NCBI RefSeq assembly: GCF_018350175.1
Contig: NC_058368.1
Span: forward strand, 206,958,001 to 207,022,000
DNA from: Felis catus
Taxonomy: Eukaryota
Direction: 5' to 3'
Length of the DNA: 64,000 nt
In this document: piece by piece, positions 25,810 to 36,208 of the stretch
Numbering within the stretch: position 1 is the stretch's first letter
How the letters are laid out: every line of letters begins with the position of its first letter
Translations under genes and position numbers: made by a program
Notes under the pieces: generated by a model
What the model was told of the DNA's origin: nothing
What the model saw: the letters and a program-made list of their open reading frames with translations, nothing else
Database searches by the model: none

Positions 25810-26890
25810 GAATTTGTGCCAGGAAGCAGGCTGTAAAGATGGGACTCTAGAATTAGGGGCGCCTGGGTGGCGCAGTCGATTAAGCGTCCGACTTCACCCA
25901 GGTCACGATCTCGCGGTCCGGGAGTTCGAGCCCCGCGTCAGGCTCTGGGCTGATGGCTCGGAGCCTGGAGCCTGTTTCCGATTCTGTGTCTCCCTCTCTC
26001 TCTGCCCCTCCCCCGTTCATGCTCTGTCTCTGTCTGTGCCAAAAATAAATAAACGTTGAAAAAAAAAAAACAAAAAAAAACCCTAGAATTAGATCACTTG
26101 GTAGCTGGATGACAACGAGAGCCCAGTCACTGGTGGAAGGCAAAGAGTTGATAGTCTGTGACTCACTTTGGCCTTGCGTTTGCTGAAATGTTCACCTATG
26201 GTGAACTTAGATAAAATGCAGGCAGGCTGGCATAGATTAACTGGGCAATCAATGTCTATGATGTTTGAGAGGTATAGGGAAACTAGTAACGTTAATAAGT
26301 ATTCTTTGAATTGAGTAGCTATTGCTAAACACCATTTGTGTGTGAAAAAGCAAAGATAACAGGCTCAGATCTATTTATTATGAATTTAAAGCAAAGTGTG
26401 AAAGTTAAAAGTCCCACTTGGCAGTATTTAGAAACTCTCATTTCTTAAAGCCAGAGGATGGAGCTTAAAACCAGGCACAGGACTGGACTATAAAAGAGGC
26501 AAAGCTCATATCAGCCTAGGAAAGATTCCTACACCAGTCATGGCTTTGACAGAAAGAAAGTATGATTCTTGAAAAGGGGGGTATTTGGGTAGATGTACTT
26601 GAAATCCTTGAATCTCCTGATTTCCTGAACCCTCTAGGTCTGCAGAAGTGGCCTACTTCTTTGTTGAAAAGATAAGACCTAACTTAAAGACTATTCAGAG
26701 TCCTCCAGTGAGGTAAGCACCTCATAAGACAATCAGCATCTACCTTGATAGACCTCCATGACTAGGATCCATAACTAGGGCTAAATCTCAGGATGATCTG
26801 ACTGGGGAAGTGCTAGGTCTGATAGGGAAGAGGAAGAATTATACACAAAAGAAATGATAAAATCTGGCTAACATGGACTAGTAAGAAACT
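25810..26890 (+). mobile_element. MaLR/ERVL internal (MLT1-int-like, gag-derived) remnant
   Basis: 'gctattgctaaacaccatt...ttaaagcaaagtgtgaaag...ttggcagtatttagaaactctcatttc' resembles MLT1 internal sequence; no LTRs seen. Confidence 0.55.
25856..26079 (+). mobile_element. Young CanSINE (CpG-rich felid subfamily)
   Basis: Head 'ggggcgcctgggtggcgcagtcg'; TSD ac(t/c)ctagaattag at 25844-25856 and 26080-26092. Confidence 0.97.
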
Positions 26891-26899
26891 CAGTGGTTT

Positions 26900-28260
26900 A
26901 CATAATTATATTAATAGTTGTGATTTTGCAAGTATAAACAGAGGCATGATAAATAAACCTGAGGGTACCTAAAGATTATGACTAGTTTGCACAATTTTTA
27001 ATATAGTATTTTGTTTCACTTATAGCTACAGGTATTTTTACATTTCCCAATTATGGCTTAGATAAATTAAAAGTTCCAACTCAACTTTAAGATCTTATCA
27101 AGTTAATGGAAATTTAAACATAACAATCTCTTTGATAACATTAATTATACCTTTATCAATGTCTATTAAAATGAAAAGGAAATTATAGTTAAACGTTATT
27201 TGATTTCTGAGTATATTCTCTCAATATTCTATTATTTTAATAATCTGAAATGATTTTAATTATGTCAAATGATTTAATTATGTCAAATTATGTCAAAAAC
27301 CTCAGTTTTTCAAGAAGATCCTTGAAGCTAATGACTATATAACCAGATTTTCATAAACTCTGTCTACTTGACAGAGAAAATAATTTAATAGTTTTTAATT
27401 TGATTCAAAAAGTATTTCAGCTGAAGGCCAAAAATATATCATTTTGTGGATAAAGAAAAATATATTTCTTGATTTAAACAACCCCATTTGGTTTAGAAAT
27501 TCTGACAGAAAAAAAGAACGAGTGGTTTGTATGTAGATTGATACATTAATGCAAACAGATAAAGAGACCCAGCATATAGGCCTGTTATCTGAGCCTTTCC
27601 ACTTGAAAGTTCAGTGTAAATACCTCTGGGAAGCTCTTCAGACTGCTTTAAAGTAGCAATTCCATCTATAATCTTTGGGTGGTAGGCCTTCTTCAGCAGA
27701 ATGTCAGCTATATCAGTTGCAAAAAGGACAAGAGGCAGGGCTCTAGACTTTCCACTCTATGTTCAATGAGAGCAGCTTCATTTTTATCTACTAAATCCAC
27801 TGAATTTCAAATAGGATTACATTTGATGAAAGAAATAATTAAACTTGAAAACTATTACATTAGGCGATAGCTACTCAAGAGGAAGATGATTACAGACTTT
27901 TGTCTCCATTGATTTTATCTGCTAAGCTGGGTCTTTTGCAAATTAACCAACTCTTCTTCACACCTTAATATCACTTGCAGAGATCCTCCTGTTGTGTCTG
28001 CCTGCGCTGTATCTCCTACTACTTTCCATTACAAGCCTTCTGCTCTTTGTCAAATAAGTGTCCTGACTATCCCTTGCTGAGCCTGTGTTTGCTATCAACC
28101 CTGAAATTCTGTCTGCACTGATGTTCTCATCTCGAGCCATTTCCGAGTCACACAGATCTTCTTGACTGCCTGTTGTATATGTTGTCAATGTTACATTTAT
28201 CCAGTAATCCACTGTTTTCATATTATTTCTTTTCTTAGTTTTGATTAAATAGCAGCCATG
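26900..28260 (-). mobile_element. Probable ancient hAT-family DNA transposon remnant (Arthur1/Zaphod-like); may continue at ~24960-25700
   Basis: Decayed coding-like minus-strand sequence including ORF 27958-28221; family assignment is from memory only. Confidence 0.35.
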
Positions 28261-28368
28261 TCATGTAGACTGCTGGAACACACATGGAAACTAAACAGAT
28301 AAATGTTGATCGATTGACTGCTGTATTGCATTCTAAAACCCTTGCCTCGTAAATTATGTTAGATTTTC

Positions 28369-28556
28369 TTTTTTTAAAATTTATTAATTTTGAGAGAGAG
28401 AAAGAGAGATGGAGAGAGGAAGAAAGGGAAAATCCTAATCAGGTTCCATGCTGTCAGCTCAGAGAGTGACAAAGGGATTTAATTCACCAATTGAGATCAT
28501 GACTGAGCCAAAATCAAGAGTTGGACACTGAAACAACTAAGCCACCCAAACACCCC
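28369..28556 (-). mobile_element. CanSINE (older)
   Basis: Poly(T)/(GA)n then 'gccacccaaacacccc'. Confidence 0.88.
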
Positions 28557-28587
28557 AATTTTTTCTCTTTTTTTAAAAAATAAGTTT

Positions 28588-28788
28588 GGGGCTCTTGGGT
28601 GCTTCAGCCAGTTGAGAATCCAACTCCTGATTTTGGCTCAGGTCATGACGGCAGGGTCATAGGATCGAGCTCCGCTTTGGGCTCTGCACTGAGGGTGGAA
28701 CCTGTTTTCGATTCTCTCTTTCTTCCCCTCTACCCCTCTCCCTGCTCATACTTCTCTCTCTAAATTGAAAATAAATAAAACTAAAAAT
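28588..28788 (+). mobile_element. CanSINE (older)
   Basis: Head 'ggggctcttgggtgcttcagccagttgag'; flanks aaaaataagttt/aaaaataaattt. Confidence 0.88.
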
Positions 28789-29627
28789 AAATTTTAATTG
28801 TGAAACAACATCAAGGTTATAAAAGAGCCGCAAGTACAATATAAGAGCTTTTGCCCTGAACCATTTGAGAAAAAGTTGCCAACCCGATTTCCAATCACCT
28901 CCAAATATTCTAGTGTGTATTTCTTACAAAGACTTTCTCTTGCATAATTATAATCCAGCAAACATCAGGAAATTGACACTCATACATTTCTACTTTTTAA
29001 GTGTTACACCCCATTCCAATTTTTCCAATTGTCTTAATATTGTCCTTTGTAGCAAAGATTTTGGTTCAACATCATGTGCTGTATTCTGTTTTCATGTATC
29101 TTCAGTCTCTAGGATACTTCAAAGATCATAGTTCCATTACTTTGCAAACTATCAGTTCAGGTTTTTTCTATGATTCATCACGATTTAATTAAAGTTATGC
29201 ATCTTTGGGAGCTTTATCACACAAGTGATACCATGTTCTACTTACTGCATTTTGTTATGTGTCAAATAATTTTTTTTTGCTTTTATTTTTTAAAGTTTAC
29301 ATCCAAATTAGTTAGCATATTGTGCAACAATGACTTCAGGGGTAGGTTCCTTAATGCCCCTTACCCATATAGTCCATCCCCCCCTCCCACAATCCCTCCA
29401 GTAACCCTCTGTTTGTTCTCCATATTTAAGAGTCACTTATGTTTTGTTCCCCTCCCTGTTTTTATATTATTTTTGCTTCCCTTCCCTTATGTTCATCTGT
29501 TCTGTGTCTTAAAGTCCTCATATGAGTGAAGTCATATGATATTTGTCTTTCTCTGACTGACTAATTTCACTTAGCATAGTGCTGTCTGGTTCCATCCACG
29601 TAGTTGCAAATGGCAAGAGTTCATTCT

Positions 29628-31750
29628 TTTTTTTTTAATATATGAAATTTATTGTCAAATTGGTTTCCATACAACACCCAGTGCTCATCCCAAAAGATGC
29701 CCTCTTCAATGCCCATCACCTACCCTCCCCTCCCTCCCACCCCCCATCAACCCTCAGTTTGTTTTCAGTTTTTAAGAGCCTCTTATGCTTTAGCTCTCTC
29801 CCACTCTAACCTCTTTTTTTTCCTTCCCCTCCCCCATGGGTTTCTGTTAAGTTTCTCAAGATCCACATAAGAGTGAATACATATGGTATCTGTCTTTCTC
29901 TGTATGGCTTATTTCACTCAGCATCACACTCTCCAGTTCCATCCACGTTGCTACAAATGGCCAGATTTCATTCTTTCTCATTGCCACGTAATATTCCATT
30001 GTGTATATAAACCACAATTTCTTTATCCATTCATCAGTTGATGGACACTTAGGCTTTTTCCACAATTTGGCTATTGTTGAGAGTGCTGCTATGAACATTG
30101 GGGTACAAGTGCCCCTATGCATCAGTACTCCTGTATCCCTTGGGTAAATTCCTAGCAGTGCTACTGCTGGGTCATAGGGTAGGTCGATTTTTAATTTTTT
30201 GAGGAAGCTCCACACTGTTTTCCAGAGTGGCTGCACCAGTTTGCATTCCCACCAACAGTGCAAGAGGGTTCCCGTTTCTCCACATCCTCGCCAGCATCTA
30301 TAGTCTCCTGATTTGTTCATTGTGGCCACTCTGACTGGCGTGAGGTGATATCTGAGTGTGGTTTTGATTTGTATTTCCCTGATGAGGAGCGATGTTCAGC
30401 ATCTTTTCATGTGCCTGTTGGCCACCTGGATGTCTTCTTTAGAGAAGTGTCTATTCATGTTTTCTGCCCATTTCTTCACTGCATTATTTGTTTTTCGGGT
30501 GTGGAGTTTGGTGAGCTCTTTATAGATTTTGGAAAGTAGCCCTTTGTCCGATATGTCATTTGCAAATATCTTTTCCCATTCCGTTGGTTGCCTTTTAGTT
30601 TTGTTGATTGTTTCCTTTGCTGTGCAGAAGCTTTTTATCTTCATGAGGTCCCAATAGTTCATTTTTGCTTTTAATTCCCTTGCCTTTGGTGATGTGTCAA
30701 GTAAGAAATTGTTGTGGCTGAGGTCAGAGAGGTCTTTTCCTGCTTTCTCCTCTAGGGTTTTGATGGTTTCCTGTCTCGCATTCAGGTCCTTTATCCATTT
30801 TGAGTTTATTTTTGTGAATGGTGTAAGAAAGTGGTCTAGTGTCATTCTTCTGCATGTTGCTGTCCAGTTCTCCCAGCACCATTTGTTAGAGAGACTGTCT
30901 TTTTTCCATTGGGTGTTCTTTACTGCTTTGTCAAAGATTAGTTGGCCATACTTGTGGGTCCAATTCTGGAGTCTCTATTCTATTCCCTTGGTCTATGTGT
31001 CTGTGTTTGTGCCGATACCATGCAGTCTTGATGATTATAGCTTTGTAGTAGAGGCTAAAGTCTGGGATTGTGACGCCTCCTGCTTTGGTCTTCTTCAAAA
31101 CTACTTTGTCTATTCAGGGCCTTTTGTGGTTCCATATGAATTTTAGGATTGCCTGTTCTAGTTTCGAGAAGAATGCTGGTGCAATTTTGATTGGGATTGC
31201 ATTGAATGTGTAGATAGCTTTGGGTAGTATTGACATTTTAACAATATTTATTCTTCCAACCCATGAGCACGGAATGTTTTTCCATTTCTTTATATTTCTT
31301 TATATCTTCTTCAATTTCCTTCATAAGCTTTCTATAGTTTTCAGCATACAGATCTTGTACATCTTTGGTTAGATTTATTCCTAGGTACTTTATGCTTCTT
31401 GGTGCAATTGTGAATGGGATCAGTTTTTTTATTTGTCTTTCTGTTGCTTCATTATTAGTGTATAAGAATGCAACTGATTTCTGTACATTAATTTTGTATC
31501 CTGCAACTTTGCTGAATTCATGTATCAGTTCTAGCAGACTTTTGGTGGAGTCTGTCGGATTTTCCATGTATAATATCATGTCATCTGCCAAAAGTGAAAG
31601 CTTGGCTTAATCTTTGCCAATTTTGATGCCTTTGATTTCCTTTTGTTGTCTGATTGCTGATGCTAGAACTTGCAACACCATGTTAAACAACAGCGGTGAG
31701 AGTGGACATCCCTGTCGTGTTCCTGATCTCAGGGGGAAAGCTCTCAGTTT
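29628..31750 (-). mobile_element. Younger felid L1 segment (poly-A, 3'UTR, 3' half of ORF2) fused in register with the host L1
   Basis: Second poly(T) and 3' terminus 'atgaaatttattgtcaaattggtttccatac' at ~29628-29670; CpG-retaining sequence gives way to a more decayed type near 31740-31780; no TSD found. Confidence 0.8.
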
Positions 31751-34700
31751 TTCCCCATTGAAGATGATATTAGCATTGGGTTTTTTTGTATATGGCTCTT
31801 ATGACTTTAGGTATGATTCCTCTATCCCTACTTTCTTGAGGGTTTTTATCAAGAAAGATGCTGTATTTTGTCAAATGCTTTCTCTGCATCTATTAAGAAG
31901 ATCATATGGTTCTTTTTTTTTTTTTTATTGATGTGATGAATCACATTAATTGTTTTGCAGATATTGAGCCAGCCCTGAATCCCAGGTATAAATGCCACAT
32001 GGTCGTGGTGAATAATTTTTTTAATGTATTGTTGGATCTGGTTTGCTAATATCTTGTTGAGGATTTTTGCATCCATGTTCATCAGGGAAATTCGTCTACA
32101 TTCTCCTTTTTAGTGGGGTCTCTGGTTTTGGAATCAAGGTAATGCTGGCATCATAGAAAGAGTTTGGAAGTTTTCCTTCCATTTATATTTTTTAGAACAG
32201 CTTCAAGAGAATAGGTGTTAATTCTTGCTTAAATGTTTGGTAGAATTCCCCTGGAAAGCTATCTGGCCCTGGACTGTTGCTTTTTTGGGAGATTTTTGAT
32301 TACTAATTCTATTTCTTTACTGGTTATGGGTCTGTTCAAATTTTCTATTTCTTCCTGTTTCAGTTTTGGTAGTGTATATGTTTCTAGGAATTTGTCCATT
32401 TCTTTCAGATTGCCCATTTTATTGACATATAATTGCTCATAATATTTTCTTATTATTGTTTCTATTTCTGCCCTGTTGGTTGTGATCTCTCCTCTTTCAT
32501 TCTTGATTTTATTTATTTGGATACTTTCCTTTTTCTTTTTGATTAAACTGAATAGTGGTTTATCAGTTTTGTTAATTCTTTCAAAGAACCAGTTTCTGGC
32601 TTCATTGACCTGTTCTACTGTTGTTTTTGTTTTTGTTTTTTTTTTGGTTTTGATAGCTTTAATTTCTGCTCTAATCTTTATTATTTCCTGTTTTCTGCTG
32701 GTTTGGGGTTTTATTTGCTGTTCTTTTTCCAGCTCTTTAAGGCATAAAGTTAGGTTGTGTATCTGAAATATTTCTTCATTCTTTAGGAAGGCCTGGATTG
32801 CTATATACTTCCCTCTTATGACCACCTTTGCTGTGTCCCAGCGGTTTTGGGTTGTGGTGTTATCAATTTCATTGGTTTCCACGAACTTTTTAATTTATTC
32901 TTTAACTTCTTGGTTAGCCCATTCATTCTTTAGTAGGGCATTCTTTAGTTTCTAAGTATTTGTCACCTTTCCAAATTTTTTCTTGTGGTTGATTTCGAAT
33001 TTCATAGTGTTGTGGTATGAAAATATGCATGGTATGATCTTGATCTTTTTGTACCTGTTGAGGGGTGTTTTGTGCTCCAGTATATGGTCTATCCTGGAGA
33101 ATGTTCCATGTGCACTGGAGAAGAATGTATATTCTGCTGCTTTAGTATATGAAATGTTCTGAATATATCTGTTAAGTCAGTCTGTTCCAGTATGTCATTC
33201 AAAGCCATTGTTTCCTTGTTGATTTTTTGATTAGATGATCTGTCCATTGCTGTGAGTGGGGTGTTGAAGTCCCCTACTACTGTGGTATTACTATCAATGA
33301 GTTTCTTTGTATTTGTGATTAATTGATTCATATATTTGGGTACTTCCACATTTGGCGCATAAATGTTTATAATTGTTAGTTCTTCTTGGTGGATAGACCC
33401 GTTAATTATGACATAATGCCCTTCTTCATCTGTTGATACAGTCTTTATTTTAAAGTCTAGATTGTCTGATATAAGTATGGCTACTCCAGCTTTCTTTTGT
33501 TGGCCATTAGCATGATAGATGGTTTTCCATCCCCTTACTTTCAATCTGAAGGAGTCTTTAGGTCTAAAGTGGATCTCTTGTCCCCGAATAGCCAAAGTAA
33601 TATTGAAGAAGAAAACCAAAGCAGGAGGCATCACAACCCCAGACTTTAGCCTCTACTACAAAGCTATAATCATCAAGACTGCATGGTATTGGCACAAACA
33701 CAGACACATAGACCAAGGGAATAAAATAGAGACTCCAGCATTAGACCCGCAAATGTATGGCCAACTAATCTTTGGCAAAGCAGGAAAGAATATCCAATGA
33801 AAAAAAGACAGTCTCTTTAACAAATGGTGCTGGGAGAACTGGACAGCAACATGCAGAAGAATGACACTAGACCACTTTCTTACACCATTCACAAAAATAA
33901 ACTCAAAATGGATAAAGGACTTGAATGTGAGACAGGAAACTATCAAAACACTAGAGGAGAAAGCAGGAAAAACCCTCTTTGACCTGCGCTGCAGCAATTT
34001 CTCACTTGAGATCACCAAAGGCAAGGGAATTAAAAACAAAAGTGAACTACTGGGACCTCATGAAGATGAAAACAATTTGCACTGCAAAGGAAACAGTCAA
34101 CAAAACTAGAAGGCAACCGACAAAATGGGAAAAGATATTTGCAAATGACATATCGGACAAAGGGCTAGTATCCAAAATCTATAAAGAGCTCACCAAACTC
34201 CACACCCGAAAAACAAATAATGCAGTGAAGAAATGGGCAGAAGACATGAATAGACACTTCTTTAAAGAAAATATCCAGATGGCCAACAGGCACATGAAAA
34301 GATGCTGAACATCGCTCCTCATCAGGGAAGTACAAATCAAAACCACACTCAGATATCACCTCACGCCAGTCACAGTGGCCACAATGAACAAGTCAGGAGA
34401 TTATAGATGCTGGTGAGGATGTGGAGAAACGGGAACCCTCTTGCACTGTTGGTGGGAATGCAAACTGGTGCAGCCAATCTGGAAAACAGTGTGGAGGTTT
34501 CTCAAAAAATTAAAAATGATCTACCCTATGACCCAGCAGTAGCACTGCTAGGAATTTACCCAAGGGATACAGGAGTGCTGATGCATAGGGGCTCTTGTAC
34601 CCCAAAGTTTATAGCAGCCCTTTCAACAATAGCCAAATTATGGAAAGAGCCTAAATGTCCATCAACTGACAAATGGATAAAGAAGATGTGGTTTATATAT

Positions 34701-35208
34701 ACAATGGAATACTACTTGGAAATGAGAAAGAATGAAATCTGGCCATTTGTAGCAACGTGGATGGAACTGGAGAGTGTGATGCTGAGTGAAATAAGTCATA
34801 CAGAGAAAGAGAGATACCATATGTTTTCACTCATTTGTGGATCCTGAGAAACTCAACAGAAGACCTGGGGTGGGGGGGAGGAGAAGGGGGAAATAAAAGT
34901 TACAGAGAGGGAAGGAGGCAACCCATAAGAGACTCTTAAATACTGAGAATAAACTGAGGGTTGATGGGGGCTGGGGGAGAGGGGAAAGTGGGTGATGGGC
35001 ATTGAGGAGGGCACCTGTTGGAATGAGCACTGGGTGTTGTATGGAAACCAATGACAATAAATTACATATAAAGAAAAAGTGGGTCTCTTATAAACAGCAT
35101 ATAGATGGATCTTGTTTTCTTATCCATTCTGTTACCCTGTGTCTTTTGATTGGGGCATTTAGTCCATTGATGTTTAGAGTGAGTACTGAAAGATGAATTT
35201 ATTGCCAT
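29856..35208 (-). pseudogene. L1 ORF2p (endonuclease/reverse transcriptase), disrupted
   Basis: ATG at 35208 with an immediate frameshift; EN motifs (INIYAPN, VVGDFNTPL) in ORF 33089-33634, RT motifs ([29 protein letters not shown]) in ORFs 31849-32082 and 31238-31591, C-terminal [18 protein letters not shown] in ORF 29856-30329; many stops, frameshifts and a 1.5 kb insertion. Confidence 0.95.
33580..35075 (+). mobile_element. 5'-truncated felid L1 inserted antisense into the host ORF2 endonuclease region
   Basis: ORF2 C-terminal fragments (ORFs 33519-33800, 33861-34109, 33979-34308, 34407-34847), 3'UTR, TSD aaagtgg(a/g)tctctt at 33566-33579 and 35076-35089. Confidence 0.95.
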
Positions 35209-35281
35209 TATGTTGCTTGTAGAGTTGGAGTTTCTGGTGTTGTTCTCTGGTCCTTTCTAGTCTTTGTTGCTTTGGTCATTA

Positions 35282-36208
35282 TTATTTGTTTGTTTGTTTG
35301 TTTGTTTTCCTCTTTTCTCCCCTCAGAGAGTCTACCCTTAAAATTTCTTGCAGGGCTGGTTTAGTGGTCACAAACTCCTTTAAGTTTTGTTTGTCTGGGA
35401 AACTTTTTATTTCTCCTTCTATTTTGAATGACAACCTTGCTGGATAAAGAATTCTTGGCTGCATATTTTTCTGATTCAGCACACTAAATATATCCTGCCA
35501 CTCCTTTCTGGCCTGCCACATTTCTGTGGATAGGTCTGCTGCAAACCTGATCTGTCTTCCCTTGTATGTTAGGGACTTTTTTTCCCTTGCTGCTTTCATG
35601 ATTGTCTCCTTGCCTGAGTGTTTTGTAAATTTGACTGTGATATGCCTTGCTGATGGTTGGTTTTTGTTGAATCTAATGGGAGTCCTCTGTGCTTCCTGGA
35701 TTTTGATGTCTGTGTCTTTCTGCAGGTTAAGAAACTTTTCCACTATGATTTGCTCACATAACCCTTCTACCCTTATTTCTCTCTCTTCCTCTTCTGGGAC
35801 CCCTATGATTCTGATGTTGTTCCTTTTTAGTAAGTCACTGATTTCTCTAATTCTTAAATCATGCTCTTTTGCCTTAATCTCCCTCTTTTTTTTTTCTGCT
35901 TCCTTATTTTCCATAAGTTTGTTTTCTATATCGCCGATTCTCTGTTCTGCCTCATCCATCCTCGCCACCATGGCATCCATTCGAGAATCCAGCTCAGTTA
36001 TAGCATTTTTTATTTCATCCTGACTAGCTTTTACTTCTTTTATCTCCACAGAAAGGGATTCTAATCTGTTTTTGACTTCAGCTAGTATTCTTATTATTGT
36101 GATTCTAAATTCTGGTTCAAACATCTTGCTTGTTTTTGTGTTGGTTAAGTCCCTGGCTGTCGTTTCTTCCTGCTCTTTCTTTTGGGGTGAATTCCTTTGA
36201 TTCATCAT
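35282..36208 (-). CDS. L1 ORF1p (RNA-binding chaperone), 308 aa open frame
   Basis: Coiled-coil heptads then RRM/CTD motifs 'KRNNIRIIGVPE', 'IQEAQRTP', 'ARHITVKF', 'QPRILYPARLSF'; the last ~17 aa look like a frameshifted extension. Confidence 0.9.
   Translation of the reverse strand: MMNQRNSPQKKEQEETTARDLTNTKTSKMFEPEFRITIIRILAEVKNRLESLSVEIKEVKASQDEIKNAITELDSRMDAMVARMDEAEQRIGDIENKLMENKEAEKKKREIKAKEHDLRIREISDLLKRNNIRIIGVPEEEEREIRVEGLCEQIIVEKFLNLQKDTDIKIQEAQRTPIRFNKNQPSARHITVKFTKHSGKETIMKAAREKKSLTYKGRQIRFAADLSTEMWQARKEWQDIFSVLNQKNMQPRILYPARLSFKIEGEIKSFPDKQNLKEFVTTKPALQEILRVDSLRGEKRKTNKQTNK

Noticed and set aside
27958..28221. 87-aa ORF as a host gene exon
   Set aside because: No recognisable protein, stops immediately downstream in frame, no clear splice sites; better explained as a decayed transposon.
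30345..36064. Hydrophobic ORFs antisense to L1 ORF1/ORF2 (e.g. 30694-31146, 32476-32766, 35526-36023)
   Set aside because: Shadow frames on the T-rich strand of L1 coding sequence.
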